Shown in pieces: positions 40,098-50,140 of a stretch of 64,000 nucleotides of DNA. The notes under the pieces were generated by a model. The model was not told the origin of the DNA, made no database searches, and saw only the letters and a program-made list of their open reading frames with translations. Numbering within the stretch: the first letter of the stretch is position 1; every line of letters begins with the position of its first letter. Where the stretch lies: assembly GCA_965218585.1 (NCBI GenBank), contig CBDCLE010000003.1, positions 32,001-96,000 on the forward strand. Reading direction: 5' to 3'. The translations under genes and the position numbers were made by a program. The stretch comes from Terriglobia bacterium. GTDB taxonomy: Bacteria; Acidobacteriota; Terriglobia; 20CM-2-55-15.

Positions 40098-40205
40098 TTA
40101 CGTGCTCCTTTGTCTTTGAATTCAACGCAGCTACGTTGAATGGGTTGTTGTCGGGAGATTTTCCTCCTGGCAACAGCCGACAAAGGGGCGTCCTTCCTTA
40201 TAGCG

Positions 40206-40625
40206 TATTCCGGAATCGAAATGAAACTCGACGTGAGCGTTAATGAAAATCTCTGGGTGAACCTGGCCCTGGATGCCGTCGACACCGAACTCAAAACCAC
40301 TGCCGAAACACTGCCTCGGATTCCGCCGCTACGAGGAACGATCGGCCTCGATATCCGATACGGCGGCTTGAGCGTAAAGCCGGAGCTCGTGCTGGCGGAC
40401 CGGAGAGACGACGTCTTCAGCACCGAAACGGAAACGGCCGGTTACGGATTGGTCAACCTGACAGCCTCGTATACTGTCCCGCAACCCCACTTCTCACACC
40501 ACCTGTCCCTCAGCTGGTTCAACGCGACAAACACGCTGTACCGCAACCACCTCAGCTTCATCAAAGATCTCGCGCCGGAGATTGGTAGTGGCGTGCGGAT
40601 GTCCTATTCCGTGAAGTTCTTCTAA
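40206..40625 (+). pseudogene. C-terminal remnant of a TonB-dependent receptor
   Basis: LPRIPPLR, ETETAGYGLVNL, NATNTLYRNHLSFIKDLAPEIG, terminal Phe; N-terminal part absent. Confidence 0.8.
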
Positions 40626-40638
40626 GAATGGAAGGTGG

Positions 40639-42372
40639 CTAAGACTCGAACGCTTCGGCGATGGCCTCGCGTAGCCGGTCCAAGCCCTCGGTCAGGTTTC
40701 CTTCGATGTGCGCACGTAGCACCCGACGGCCGCGTTCGGAGAGCACGGTCATGTCGCCGCTGGCCTGGGCTGCCTTGACGACGCCGAAAGAATAGCTGCG
40801 TCCGGGAACGGGAAGGTCGGTTCCGTCATCACAGGTGATCTGGAGAAAGACGCCTGTAGGGGGACCGCCCTTGTGCAACTGGCCTGTCGAGTGGAGAAAG
40901 CGTGGGCCAAACCCTAAGCAGGTCGCCACGTGTTTCCGGTCTCTGACAAGGTCCCGCATCTGGGAAAGGACAGCCTCGTGGTCCCGGCTCATTTCGACGT
41001 AGGCCTGGATGCAGAAGTAATCGCCTTCGGCGAGAGTTCCCAGATGGCTGCCCAAGTGGCGGGCCAGGGAAGGTTCGGTAGTCGTCCGAACCGGACCGAG
41101 AACCGGACCTGTATCGGCACTTGAAAATAGTTTGATACCGGCCGCCTCGAAAATGGGGACGGCCCCAGCAAGTTCACCGCTCTCTTCAAATTCGCTGGTC
41201 ACGCGTCGGGCAGCCACTTTGCTCGCATCGACATCGGGCTGAACGAACGGATTGAGGCGAAGCAACGAACCCGCAACAGCGGTGGCCATTTCCCAACGGA
41301 AAAACTCCTGTCCGATCGAGTACACATCCTCAAGCTCGATGCGCACGACGGGCTGGCCTGCCTCTTCGAGAGGACCGATCGCCGCATCTTCGGCAGAGTT
41401 CTCGTCGGAACTGAGTTTCAAATAGACGAAGACACGGTCAGCCCCATAAACCTCGGGCGACCCCAATGTTTCCCCATCGACAGGAACGATGCCCTTCCCG
41501 TCTTGCCCTGTGGACTCCGCCACCAACTGTTCGAGCCAGGCACCCAGACCGGCAATTTTGCGGGAGGTAACGATCGTCATCTTGTCTCGACCCGCCCCAG
41601 CCAATCGACCCAGAGCGATGCCCAGGAGTACTCCGGGATTTTCGAGAGTGGAAACGTCGGGACCGCATCCCGAGACCATCTCGTCGGTGGCCGCGAGAAG
41701 TCGAGCAACATCGAGCCCCATCACCGCTGCAGGCACCATACCGAAATCAGACAGCGCGGAGAAACGGCCTCCGACATCAGCTTGACCCGCAAATACGCTT
41801 CGCAGATGGCGTTGGTTGGCAAGACTCTCAAGCCTCGAACCGGGGTCGGTAATAGCCACGAAACGCCGGCCGGCTTCAACAGGGCTGAGGATTTTCGCGA
41901 CGCGGTCGAAGAAATATTCAAAGAGTAGGGACGATTCCAGCGTTGTACCGGACTTGCTGGAAACGATGAAGAGTGTTCGCTCCAGTTCCACGGAACTTTC
42001 GGTGGCGCGAATCTGGGCCGGGTCCGTTGAGTCCAGGACGTGAAGCGCCGGAAAGGATGGATCGTTTTCGAAGGTCAATCGAAGCACTTCCGGACACAGG
42101 CTCGAACCTCCCATTCCAAGCAACAAGGCCTCGGTGAAGCCCTCCGCGCGGACATCCTCGGCAATCTGTAAGAAAGCGTTCCGTCTCTCGAGTTGGCTGG
42201 GGACGATGTCGAGCCAGCCCAGCCACCGATCCTCGTTCGATCCGGTCCACAGCGAGGCGTCGCGATTCCAGATCCGGCGAACGGTATCTTCTGTGGTCCA
42301 CTCCTGAAGCGTCGATTCCACAGCGCGGGTGACCTCGAAGGGCAGGCTGAGGGACTGAGGGTTTACTGCCAT
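40639..42372 (-). CDS. pgi: Glucose-6-phosphate isomerase (PGI type usually fused to transaldolase)
   Basis: LGMGGSSL, LDSTDP, SSKSGTTLE, AITDPGS, VGGRFSALS, EQLVAESTG, HSTGQLHKGG. Confidence 0.85.
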   Translation of the reverse strand: MAVNPQSLSLPFEVTRAVESTLQEWTTEDTVRRIWNRDASLWTGSNEDRWLGWLDIVPSQLERRNAFLQIAEDVRAEGFTEALLLGMGGSSLCPEVLRLTFENDPSFPALHVLDSTDPAQIRATESSVELERTLFIVSSKSGTTLESSLLFEYFFDRVAKILSPVEAGRRFVAITDPGSRLESLANQRHLRSVFAGQADVGGRFSALSDFGMVPAAVMGLDVARLLAATDEMVSGCGPDVSTLENPGVLLGIALGRLAGAGRDKMTIVTSRKIAGLGAWLEQLVAESTGQDGKGIVPVDGETLGSPEVYGADRVFVYLKLSSDENSAEDAAIGPLEEAGQPVVRIELEDVYSIGQEFFRWEMATAVAGSLLRLNPFVQPDVDASKVAARRVTSEFEESGELAGAVPIFEAAGIKLFSSADTGPVLGPVRTTTEPSLARHLGSHLGTLAEGDYFCIQAYVEMSRDHEAVLSQMRDLVRDRKHVATCLGFGPRFLHSTGQLHKGGPPTGVFLQITCDDGTDLPVPGRSYSFGVVKAAQASGDMTVLSERGRRVLRAHIEGNLTEGLDRLREAIAEAFES

Positions 42373-42524
42373 TGCTGGATCAGATCATATCAGCAGTAGC
42401 GAGTCGTCAACCCCGACCGAGGCACACTCCGGCCGATCGCTACCGACGTCGGCGTGAAGTTATTTAAATTGAATAGATAAGCACCCCCTCCATACGACGC
42501 GCATGCGTCGCTAAGGACAGGACG

Positions 42525-42725
42525 CTAGTTCTGCTGGGGCTGCGGCTGGTGTTGCCGCTTATGCTCCAACAGCAGATGCAGTCGCCTTCGGTGAGAGGGG
42601 TTTGCGTCCTCGAAATCGGCACCGCAAACGTTACATCGATACCAATGGATCCGGAAGGTCGTCGATTCGTTTTCGGCCAGCACGACTTCTTCGAGTTCTG
42701 GCCTCATGGCTTTCTGGGTACTCAT
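42525..42725 (-). CDS. Small hypothetical protein with C2H2-like motif
   Basis: YRCNVCGADF...LHLLLEH; short ORF, start uncertain. Confidence 0.4.
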   Translation of the reverse strand: MSTQKAMRPELEEVVLAENESTTFRIHWYRCNVCGADFEDANPSHRRRLHLLLEHKRQHQPQPQQN

Positions 42726-43598
42726 TAAATCAGGGGATCCGCCCTTACAAGGTGGGATCCTCAGCTCCTTCCAGCGACCTTTTCTCATCAGAGATGCTCA
42801 CTTAGACTAAAGAGCCCTCTGTTATGAGTTCATCCGTGTCGCCGATCCTCCATTCTAAGCCAACGCGGCCGTTTCACCAACGAGAATCAGACGATACCAT
42901 CGTCTTTCCTACTGGGTAGCCCGTGATTAGTGGTCCTGGCGGCGGCGGTTTTGGTCCCGGTAATCACTTGGAATTATAGCTATTTAGCTCCTCCGATACC
43001 GGGAAGACTTCCAGTTTTGGAAATCCACTACGTTCCTAAGTAACTCGAACGGTTCATCGCTCGATTTCAGGAGGCCCAGGAAAAGTTAGGGTACCACTCC
43101 TCGATCAGATCGCAGATGTCGCCAGCAGTCTCGGCGAAGTGGAAGGCGTCGACGTGGCTCGATCCGTTCGGCGGTGGCTGCTTCACTCCATCTGTATCGT
43201 CTGGCGGGGAGCGTCTCGGTCCCCATCTTAATATCCTCGCTCTGTGAGCCTTTAACCGGCGATCTCGTCAGAAACGCACTCTATCTTAACAATCCAACGC
43301 TCAATGGAGCCGCCCGAAGGGATGCGCTACATTTGCGTGTGTTAGAATGGCCCCTGCAGACACGGAAAAGCCAACACGCCCGGCCCGAGATCCCTTAAAC
43401 GGAACCGTTGCCTCACCATGGACTGATCCCGAGCCGCGTGGCACCGTTCTCGCTAGTGTCCGAACGACGCTCAGCGCCCGGCCAACCTTTAGCCCGGAAT
43501 CGACTGAGCGAAAAAGCGCTGATAAATAATAACTTACGGGTTTAACAGTGGGTACTGTCGATCCAACGGAATGTTTTTTTCAACTTGGGGGGGAGCTC

Positions 43599-44990
43599 AT
43601 GAACAAACCGCTGGCTGAGCCGAGCCGATATCTTGCCTACACTGACAAGAATATCGACACGATCCCGCAATTCAAGGCCCTGACCTCCGAGCAGCGCACA
43701 GCTATCCGAACGGTTTCCCGAGTACTCCCGTTCCGTGTAAACAATTACGTTATTAATGAGTTGATCGATTGGGATGACATACCTCGCGACCCGATATTTC
43801 AGCTGACCTTTCCTCAGGAAGGCATGCTGACACCGGAGGACTTCGACTGCATACGCAGCCTGGTGGAAGAGGAGACGCCGGAAGAAAGGGTCTGGGAAGC
43901 TGTGCACAAGATCCGACTCAGGCTCAATCCGCACCCGGCGGGCCAGATGGACCTCAACGTCCCAGTGCTTGACGGCGAACCGCAAGCAGGAATGCAACAC
44001 AAGTATCGCGAAACGGTTCTGTTCTTCCCCAGTCAGGGTCAGACCTGCCACGCCTACTGTACCTATTGTTTCCGCTGGGCCCAGTTTGTCGGAATGGATG
44101 AATTCAAGTTCAGCAACAACGAGGCTGCTTCGCTGGTGCGCTATCTGGAACAACACTCCGAGGTTCGGGATGTATTGATCACCGGTGGCGATCCAATGAT
44201 CATGCGGACGAGCGTTCTGGAAAGCTACATCGAACCACTCCTCAAGATTGAGTCGCTCCGCAGTATTCGGATCGGCACAAAGGCTCTGTCATGGTGGCCG
44301 TATCGCTTCGTTACCGAGAACGACGCCGACGGTCTGCTCAAACTTTTCGAAAAGGTCGTCAAATCGGGCAAGCACCTTGCGTTGATGGCTCATTACAGTC
44401 ACCCGCGCGAAATGTCGACACCAGTTTCAGACCTCGCCATCGGGAGAATTCAAAAGACGGGAGCGACGATCCGTTCTCAAGCCCCCCTCATCCGCAACGT
44501 CAATGATTACTCCGATGTATGGGCTGCCATGTGGCAGAAGCAGGTGGATCTGGGCGTGATTCCTTACTACATGTTTGTAGAGCGCGATACAGGACCGAAA
44601 CAATACTTCGATGTCCCGCTTCACCGTGCGCTGGACATATTCGCCAGGGGAATTCGTCAGGTGTCGGGGCTGGGACGGACGGTTCGCGGCCCATCAATGT
44701 CGTGTACGCCAGGCAAGGTACTTGTCGACGGAGTTGCCGAGATCGATGGAGAAAAGGTCTTCGTTTTGAAGTTCTTACAGGGAAGGGATCCCAACTGGAC
44801 GAACCGGGTGTTTTTCGCCCACTACGACGAAGCGGCGTCATGGATCGACGACCTGAAGCCTGCTTTCTCTGAACAGTTCTTTTTCGCCGATCAGCTCCCC
44901 GCAAATCGGCGCTGGAAAAACTTCACCGTGTATTCCGGGGCCCGTTCGAGAGCCGCGAAACACGGCGGGAATCGGAGATCCTTTACTTAG
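43599..44990 (+). CDS. KamA-family radical SAM aminomutase (lysine 2,3-aminomutase-like)
   Basis: GMQHKYRETVL, CHAYCTYCFR, VLITGGDPM, IRIGTK, HYSHPRE, PYYMF, PGKV. Confidence 0.88.
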   Translation: MNKPLAEPSRYLAYTDKNIDTIPQFKALTSEQRTAIRTVSRVLPFRVNNYVINELIDWDDIPRDPIFQLTFPQEGMLTPEDFDCIRSLVEEETPEERVWEAVHKIRLRLNPHPAGQMDLNVPVLDGEPQAGMQHKYRETVLFFPSQGQTCHAYCTYCFRWAQFVGMDEFKFSNNEAASLVRYLEQHSEVRDVLITGGDPMIMRTSVLESYIEPLLKIESLRSIRIGTKALSWWPYRFVTENDADGLLKLFEKVVKSGKHLALMAHYSHPREMSTPVSDLAIGRIQKTGATIRSQAPLIRNVNDYSDVWAAMWQKQVDLGVIPYYMFVERDTGPKQYFDVPLHRALDIFARGIRQVSGLGRTVRGPSMSCTPGKVLVDGVAEIDGEKVFVLKFLQGRDPNWTNRVFFAHYDEAASWIDDLKPAFSEQFFFADQLPANRRWKNFTVYSGARSRAAKHGGNRRSFT

Positions 44991-45009
44991 CCGACGATCC
45001 GCAGGAAAT

Positions 45010-45043
45010 AAAAAAAGGGCGGCCCGTTGGCCGCCCCTTTTTT
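45010..45043. terminator. Bidirectional intrinsic terminator
   Basis: AAAAAAA-GGGCGGCC-CGTT-GGCCGCCC-CTTTTTT between convergent genes. Confidence 0.9.
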
Positions 45044-45062
45044 CTGCTGGCTCTCCTCTGCC

Positions 45063-45392
45063 TCAAGCCGCGTAACGATCTAACAGCGAGGCAATGCTCT
45101 GTTTCGGTTGGGCGCCCACCAGGCGTTCCTTCTCCTCTCCATCCTTGAAGAGAATCAGCGTGGGTATCGCACGAACTCCATAGCGCGCCGCTGCTTCAGG
45201 ATTCTCGTCGACATTCAATTTCGCGATGCCGGCGCGACTGGCGAACTCCTCGCCCAACTCCTCCAGGCTCGGGGCCAGCGCCCGGCAAGGCCCGCACCAC
45301 TCGGCCCAGAAATCTACGAGCAGTGGCTCGGTGGATTGAACAATACTGTCTTCCAGGTCGCTGTCCGTCAGCTGTTTTAATCGATCACTCAT
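45063..45392 (-). CDS. trxA: Thioredoxin
   Basis: VDFWAEWCGPC, KLNVDENP, IPTLILFKDG. Confidence 0.95.
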   Translation of the reverse strand: MSDRLKQLTDSDLEDSIVQSTEPLLVDFWAEWCGPCRALAPSLEELGEEFASRAGIAKLNVDENPEAAARYGVRAIPTLILFKDGEEKERLVGAQPKQSIASLLDRYAA

Positions 45393-45428
45393 AATCTTGA
45401 CCTCCTTTAACCCTGTGCTTCAGGCTTT

Positions 45429-46004
45429 TCATCTGATTTCGAGTACGCGTTTCATTTCGCTCGCAACCGCGTCCAGAGGCTCCCTCGAGCGGTACGCCCG
45501 GCTGAGCACCAGAGCACCTTCAATCATCGTCAGTACAGTCAGAGCCCGCCTTCCGGCATCCTTTGCGAGATGGCCTTCTGCGACCAGACGCTGGGTAAAC
45601 AGCTCACTCCAGGTCTCGAGGGCTTGGCAGCAGGTCCTCTGCAACGGCTCTGAAGTGGCCGCCGTTTCAAGGACAACGGTCGCGATCGGACAGCCTTCGC
45701 TGAAATTCGACTCCTCCAGCTGATCACGGGCCGTTCCAATCAGCGTCACCAGGGCTTCGACGGCTGTCGACGTTTGCTTGAAAGCCCTCTGGATCACCTT
45801 GACCTGGGCGTCACATGCATACCCGATCGCCGCCACGGCGAGCTGCTCCTTCCCTCCCGGGAAGTGGAAATAGAGCGAGCCCCTGGGAGCTCCACTCTCC
45901 TCAATAATCTGCTTCAATCCTGTGCCGCTGTAGCCCTGTCTCTGTAGCAGTTCTGCAGTCTTTAGAATGATGCGTTCTTTGCCGTTGGATGCCCTTGCCG
46001 TCAT
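45429..46004 (-). CDS. TetR-family regulator (LmrA/YxaF-like)
   Basis: QGYSGTGLKQIIEESGAPRGSLYFHFPGGKEQL, GCPIATVVLE. Confidence 0.9.
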   Translation of the reverse strand: MTARASNGKERIILKTAELLQRQGYSGTGLKQIIEESGAPRGSLYFHFPGGKEQLAVAAIGYACDAQVKVIQRAFKQTSTAVEALVTLIGTARDQLEESNFSEGCPIATVVLETAATSEPLQRTCCQALETWSELFTQRLVAEGHLAKDAGRRALTVLTMIEGALVLSRAYRSREPLDAVASEMKRVLEIR

Positions 46005-46025
46005 TGATCCCTCACAACAAGAGCT

Positions 46026-46054
46026 ACTATACCGATCGGTCTATATATTGTCAA
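46026..46054 (-). promoter_or_regulatory. sigma70 promoter TTGACA-N17-TATAGT with overlapping palindromic operator
   Basis: Minus strand TTGACA atatatagaccgatcgg TATAGT; palindrome TAGACCGATCGGTATA. Confidence 0.8.
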
Positions 46055-46186
46055 CTCGCCATTTCTGACCGAAGAGGGGCGAGGAAAGAGAATGCTGGCA
46101 CGCCGATTGCCCATGTATAGGGACTGAACGTCCCCATTTTTGGGGCAGCCCTTTTGAATTCAAGGGTTTGAATAGAGGTATCGACG

Positions 46187-47539
46187 ATGGATAAGAGCCA
46201 GAACCCCGGCGCAGGTGTCGGATTCTTGTCAGATTCCGGTCTCTCGAATTTCCTGGATAACCTTCCAGGTATGGCCTACCGGTGCGCGTGGGACGGTGAC
46301 TGGGCAATGGAGTTCGTCAGTAGTGGAGGTCTTCAACTCACTGGGCATGACCCGGAGGACCTCGTTCGGAATTCCGCAGTCTCATGGAGTGGACTGATCC
46401 ATTCCGATGATCTGGCAAAGGTCACGAAAAGGGTCCGCCGGGCCGTCAAGGACCGCAAACCTTTTCAGGTCGAATATCGCCTGCACACCAGCGGCGGGAT
46501 GAAATGGGTCCTCGAGGAAGGACGCGTGGTGTCGGAACCCAACGACTAACCATACTCCATCGAGGGTTACATCGTCGACATCTCGGAACAGAAAGCACAC
46601 GAAGCCGACCTCACGTACCAACAGGGTCAGACCCTTCTCGCGATTGAAAAGGCCCGGGACGCGTTCCTTGCAGTCGACTCTGAAGGCAAGATCCAGGATT
46701 GGAATCGCCAGTCAGAGCAGACTTTCGGTTGGACGCGCGAGGAAGTTCTGGGGCGGGGAGTGGCCGACACTATCGTGCCGCCGGAGCGGCGGGACGAATA
46801 CCTTGAAAGCTTCAGAAGCTTCATGGAAACCCAGGTAGGCCAGGTTACCTTTCAGAGGCCGAACCTGACCGCCCGCAGGCGCAATGGTGAAGAGTTTCCG
46901 ATAGAGCTCACGATCTGGCCCAGCGACTCCTCTAGCGGACAACTATTCAATAGCTACGTCCACGACTTAACCGAACATCACGCTTTGGAGGGTCAGTTGG
47001 CCAAGGCTGAGGACTCCCTCGAGCGTCTGATGCGAGAGGATTCCCTCACCGGCCTACCCAATCGCAAGGCTCTCGAAGGCGACTTGACACGCTCCATGTC
47101 GTTCGCGCGGAGATGGAAGCAGCCGCTGTCACTGATCATGGCAAATCTCGATACGCTGAAGAGTGTTAACGATGAACTTGGCCGATCCAAGGGGGACGCT
47201 CTCCTTGTGACGTTCGCCGATGCACTGCAGGCTTCGTCCCGTCTCGAAGATTTGACGGCACGGCTTGAAGGTTCAAAGTTCGCCCTCCTGTTGCCCAATA
47301 CCGATCTGGCCAACGCCCGCGTCGTTGCCGATCGCTTGCAGAAGAAACTGCGGGAAGAGGAAATGCCCTCCCAGACGACTATTTCAGCGACGGTGGGAAT
47401 AGCCGAGTTCGATGCCCAGGACACGATCGACACCTTTGTGAGCCGCGCGACGCAGGCGCTGAATCAAGCCAAAGACGGCGGAACAGACTCGGTGGAAGCG
47501 CCCGAAGCGGGGATCGAACAGGTCGGGGAACCCGGATAG
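46187..47539 (+). pseudogene. PAS-PAS-GGDEF protein with degenerate active site (EGSKF) and in-frame TAA at 46547-46549
   Basis: ORFs 46187-46549 and 46760-47539 share a frame, open between them after the TAA; DSLTGLPNR, RLEGSKF. Confidence 0.8.
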
Positions 47540-47577
47540 GAACCTGGCGGTACCGAACGATTGGACACCACTGACTT

Positions 47578-48531
47578 ATGGGAAACGGTTTAACACTGGC
47601 GACGAACCAGACCACTCGCACGAACGGCTTCGATATCACGGAGCTCGTGCAGAACCTTCCTGGTGTCGCTTACAGATGTCGATGGACCGACGCCTGGACC
47701 ATGGAGTTCGTCAGCAACGGGTGCCACCGTGTGACGGGGTACGAACCCGCCGAGATGCTTGGGACGTCCGCCCTGCCCTGGCAGCAGCTTCTCCACCCGG
47801 ACGATTTGCCTCAGATCGCTACCGAGATCACGCTCGCGGCCGAGCAGCGCGAGTCTTTCCAAGTGGCTTATCGCATCTTCACGAAAGAGGGTGCGGAACG
47901 CTGGTTGATGGAAGAAGGCCGTGTCGTCTCGGAGCCGGACGAAGACTGGGTGCGTTTGGAGGGATTCATCTCCGACATCACGTCGCGGAAACAAACCGAG
48001 ATGTCACTTCGGGAAGCCAACGAAACCATTGGTCGCCTGATTCGAGAGGATCCGCTGACCGGGTTGGCCAACAGAAGGGCTCTCGAGGAAAACATGGCAC
48101 GCGCGATATCGTTCGCCCACAGGTGGAAGCACCCGCTCTCGATGATCATGGCGGATATCGACTATTTCAAAACCGTCAACGATCGCTACGGTCATCTGAC
48201 CGGCGACCAGGTCTTGGTTTCGTTCTCTCAATTGCTGAAAACCTCGTCCCGCGTTGAGGACATCGTGGCGCGTTTCGGCGGAGAGGAGTTCATCCTGCTC
48301 ATACCGAACACCGGCCTCGATCAGGCCACACAATTGGCCGAGCGACTCCGAGCCGACACCGAGGAAGCGACCATGCCGATCCCGACGAATATCACTGCAA
48401 GTTTCGGGGTCACACGACTGTTAGCCCAGGACACACAGGAAAGCCTGATCGCCCGGGCCGACCGGGCGCTCTACGGCGCCAAGGACGCAGGCCGGAATCG
48501 TGTTATAACGTTAAAAGACGAGCCGGCTTAG
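47578..48531 (+). CDS. PAS-GGDEF diguanylate cyclase
   Basis: LHPDD PAS, DPLTGLANRR, DIDYFKTVND, RFGGEEF, AKDAGRN. Confidence 0.92.
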   Translation: MGNGLTLATNQTTRTNGFDITELVQNLPGVAYRCRWTDAWTMEFVSNGCHRVTGYEPAEMLGTSALPWQQLLHPDDLPQIATEITLAAEQRESFQVAYRIFTKEGAERWLMEEGRVVSEPDEDWVRLEGFISDITSRKQTEMSLREANETIGRLIREDPLTGLANRRALEENMARAISFAHRWKHPLSMIMADIDYFKTVNDRYGHLTGDQVLVSFSQLLKTSSRVEDIVARFGGEEFILLIPNTGLDQATQLAERLRADTEEATMPIPTNITASFGVTRLLAQDTQESLIARADRALYGAKDAGRNRVITLKDEPA

Positions 48532-48543
48532 CCAATCTCTAAA

Positions 48544-49878
48544 CTACCTCCCCGACCGGATCAAGACCACCAGGCCAAGAACGCTAGCGATTACTGAAGC
48601 CCCGAAGATACCTATTTTCATCATGGCCACCCGGGCCGGTTCCTGGAATGCGAGCCCTCCGATGAAGAGAGACATCGTAAAGCCGATTCCTGCCAGACAG
48701 CTGACCCCATAGACATGAATCCAGCGAACGTTGGAAGGTAACTGTGCCAGGCCCAGACGAACGGCGATCCACGTAAAAAGGGTGACGCCGACCTGTTTAC
48801 CGACGACCAACCCAAGCACAATCCCCAGCGTCATCGGATGACCGATATTTGAAACGGCATCGAGGTCTAAGACGACGCCGGCGTTTGCCAGCGCGAATAT
48901 CGGCAGGATCACGACGCTCACCCAGGGGTGGAGAGCCGTCTCCAGGCGCTGCAGAGGTGTGAGCGAATAGTCGGTTACCATGTCGAGATCCAAGAGTGCG
49001 TCGTGCCGCGTACGGTTAGCCAGAACATGGTGCTCGTGGGGGCCGGCCTGGTCGAACCGGTCGATCATCGCGCGGCTTCGGGAGACAAACTTCCCGGGAT
49101 CCAGACGGATGTTTGCCGGAATCAGCATCGCCATCAACACGCCGGCAACCGTGGGGTGAACTCCTGAGAATAGAAACGCCGACCAGACGCCTCCGACACC
49201 GAAAATGCCATAGACGAGAGGGTTTCTGACGCCGAGCCGATTGAGCAGGGCTACAAACGCAAAGACCCCCGCACCCACGCCGAGGCTGAGATAGGAAATC
49301 TCGGAGGTATAAAAGAGCGCGATCGCGATGACGGCACCCAGGTCATCCGCGATTGCCAGCGATGCCAGGAAAATCTTCAAGGCCGAAGGAACGCGATCTC
49401 CCAGGAGATGAAGAATCCCCATCGAAAAAGCAATGTCGGTCGCGATCGGGATGCCCCACCCCACCGCTTCGGGCGTACCGGCGTTGAAAGCGGCATAGAT
49501 CAAGGCTGGCACGACCATGCCACCGGCAGCAGCGACCAGTGGCAGCGCCGCCAGGCGCGGCGACGACAGTTCTCCGGCCAGCAACTCCCGTTTAATCTCC
49601 AGACCAACGACAAAGAAGAAAATGGCCATCAACCCGTCATTGATCCAGAGCAGCAGCGACTCGCTGACCTCGAAACTGCCCAACTGCAGGGATAAATGCG
49701 TCTCCCAGAGCGCAGTGTAGAGGTCTGTCCAGGGAGAATTCGCCCAGACAAGAGCAACCGCTGCCGAGAGGATCAACAGGATGCCGGAAGAGACTTCAGC
49801 CCGGATGAACATCCGAAAAGGCAGGAGTAGCTTCTCGATCGGGGGGTTTTCTTTGATAAAGAAACTGTCTCGTTTCAT
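48544..49878 (-). CDS. nhaA: Na+/H+ antiporter NhaA
   Basis: WINDGLMAIFFFVVGLEIKRE, ATDIAF, LAIADDLGA, AGIGFTMSLFI. Confidence 0.95.
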   Translation of the reverse strand: MKRDSFFIKENPPIEKLLLPFRMFIRAEVSSGILLILSAAVALVWANSPWTDLYTALWETHLSLQLGSFEVSESLLLWINDGLMAIFFFVVGLEIKRELLAGELSSPRLAALPLVAAAGGMVVPALIYAAFNAGTPEAVGWGIPIATDIAFSMGILHLLGDRVPSALKIFLASLAIADDLGAVIAIALFYTSEISYLSLGVGAGVFAFVALLNRLGVRNPLVYGIFGVGGVWSAFLFSGVHPTVAGVLMAMLIPANIRLDPGKFVSRSRAMIDRFDQAGPHEHHVLANRTRHDALLDLDMVTDYSLTPLQRLETALHPWVSVVILPIFALANAGVVLDLDAVSNIGHPMTLGIVLGLVVGKQVGVTLFTWIAVRLGLAQLPSNVRWIHVYGVSCLAGIGFTMSLFIGGLAFQEPARVAMMKIGIFGASVIASVLGLVVLIRSGR

Positions 49879-50114
49879 GTCGCTTGGCCAATCGCTTTAG
49901 GACTATAGCTTATCCGGATGCTTCGGCGCATACCCGTTTACCGTCTCACGTTTCGCTTTTTTCCTACTGCGGCGAGAAAGTCCCACCAAATGCACCCCAA
50001 AAAAGCAGGATCGACTACATTTTTTGCTAAAGTTTCTTCAAGAATTGTCGACGGGGTCGGGCTGGGAACCGTAAGCCGATGAAACATATAGAACGGCCAC
50101 TGACGGCTAAACTT

Positions 50115-50130
50115 TGGCAAGCTCATTGCA
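50115..50130 (+). promoter_or_regulatory. sigma54 (-24/-12) promoter
   Basis: TGGCAAGCTCATTGCA: GG-N10-GC spacing, close to TGGCAC-N5-TTGCA. Confidence 0.7.
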
Positions 50131-50140
50131 ATATATAAAA

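Larger units (their letters stand above)
38645..40205 (-). mobile_element. IS110-family (IS1111-type) element, about 1.56 kb
   Basis: GCG core at both junctions (38645-47, 40203-05); sub-terminal IR TATGGAAGG / CCTTCCTTA; outward TTGACA at 38664-69; long noncoding end 3' of the transposase. Confidence 0.75.
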
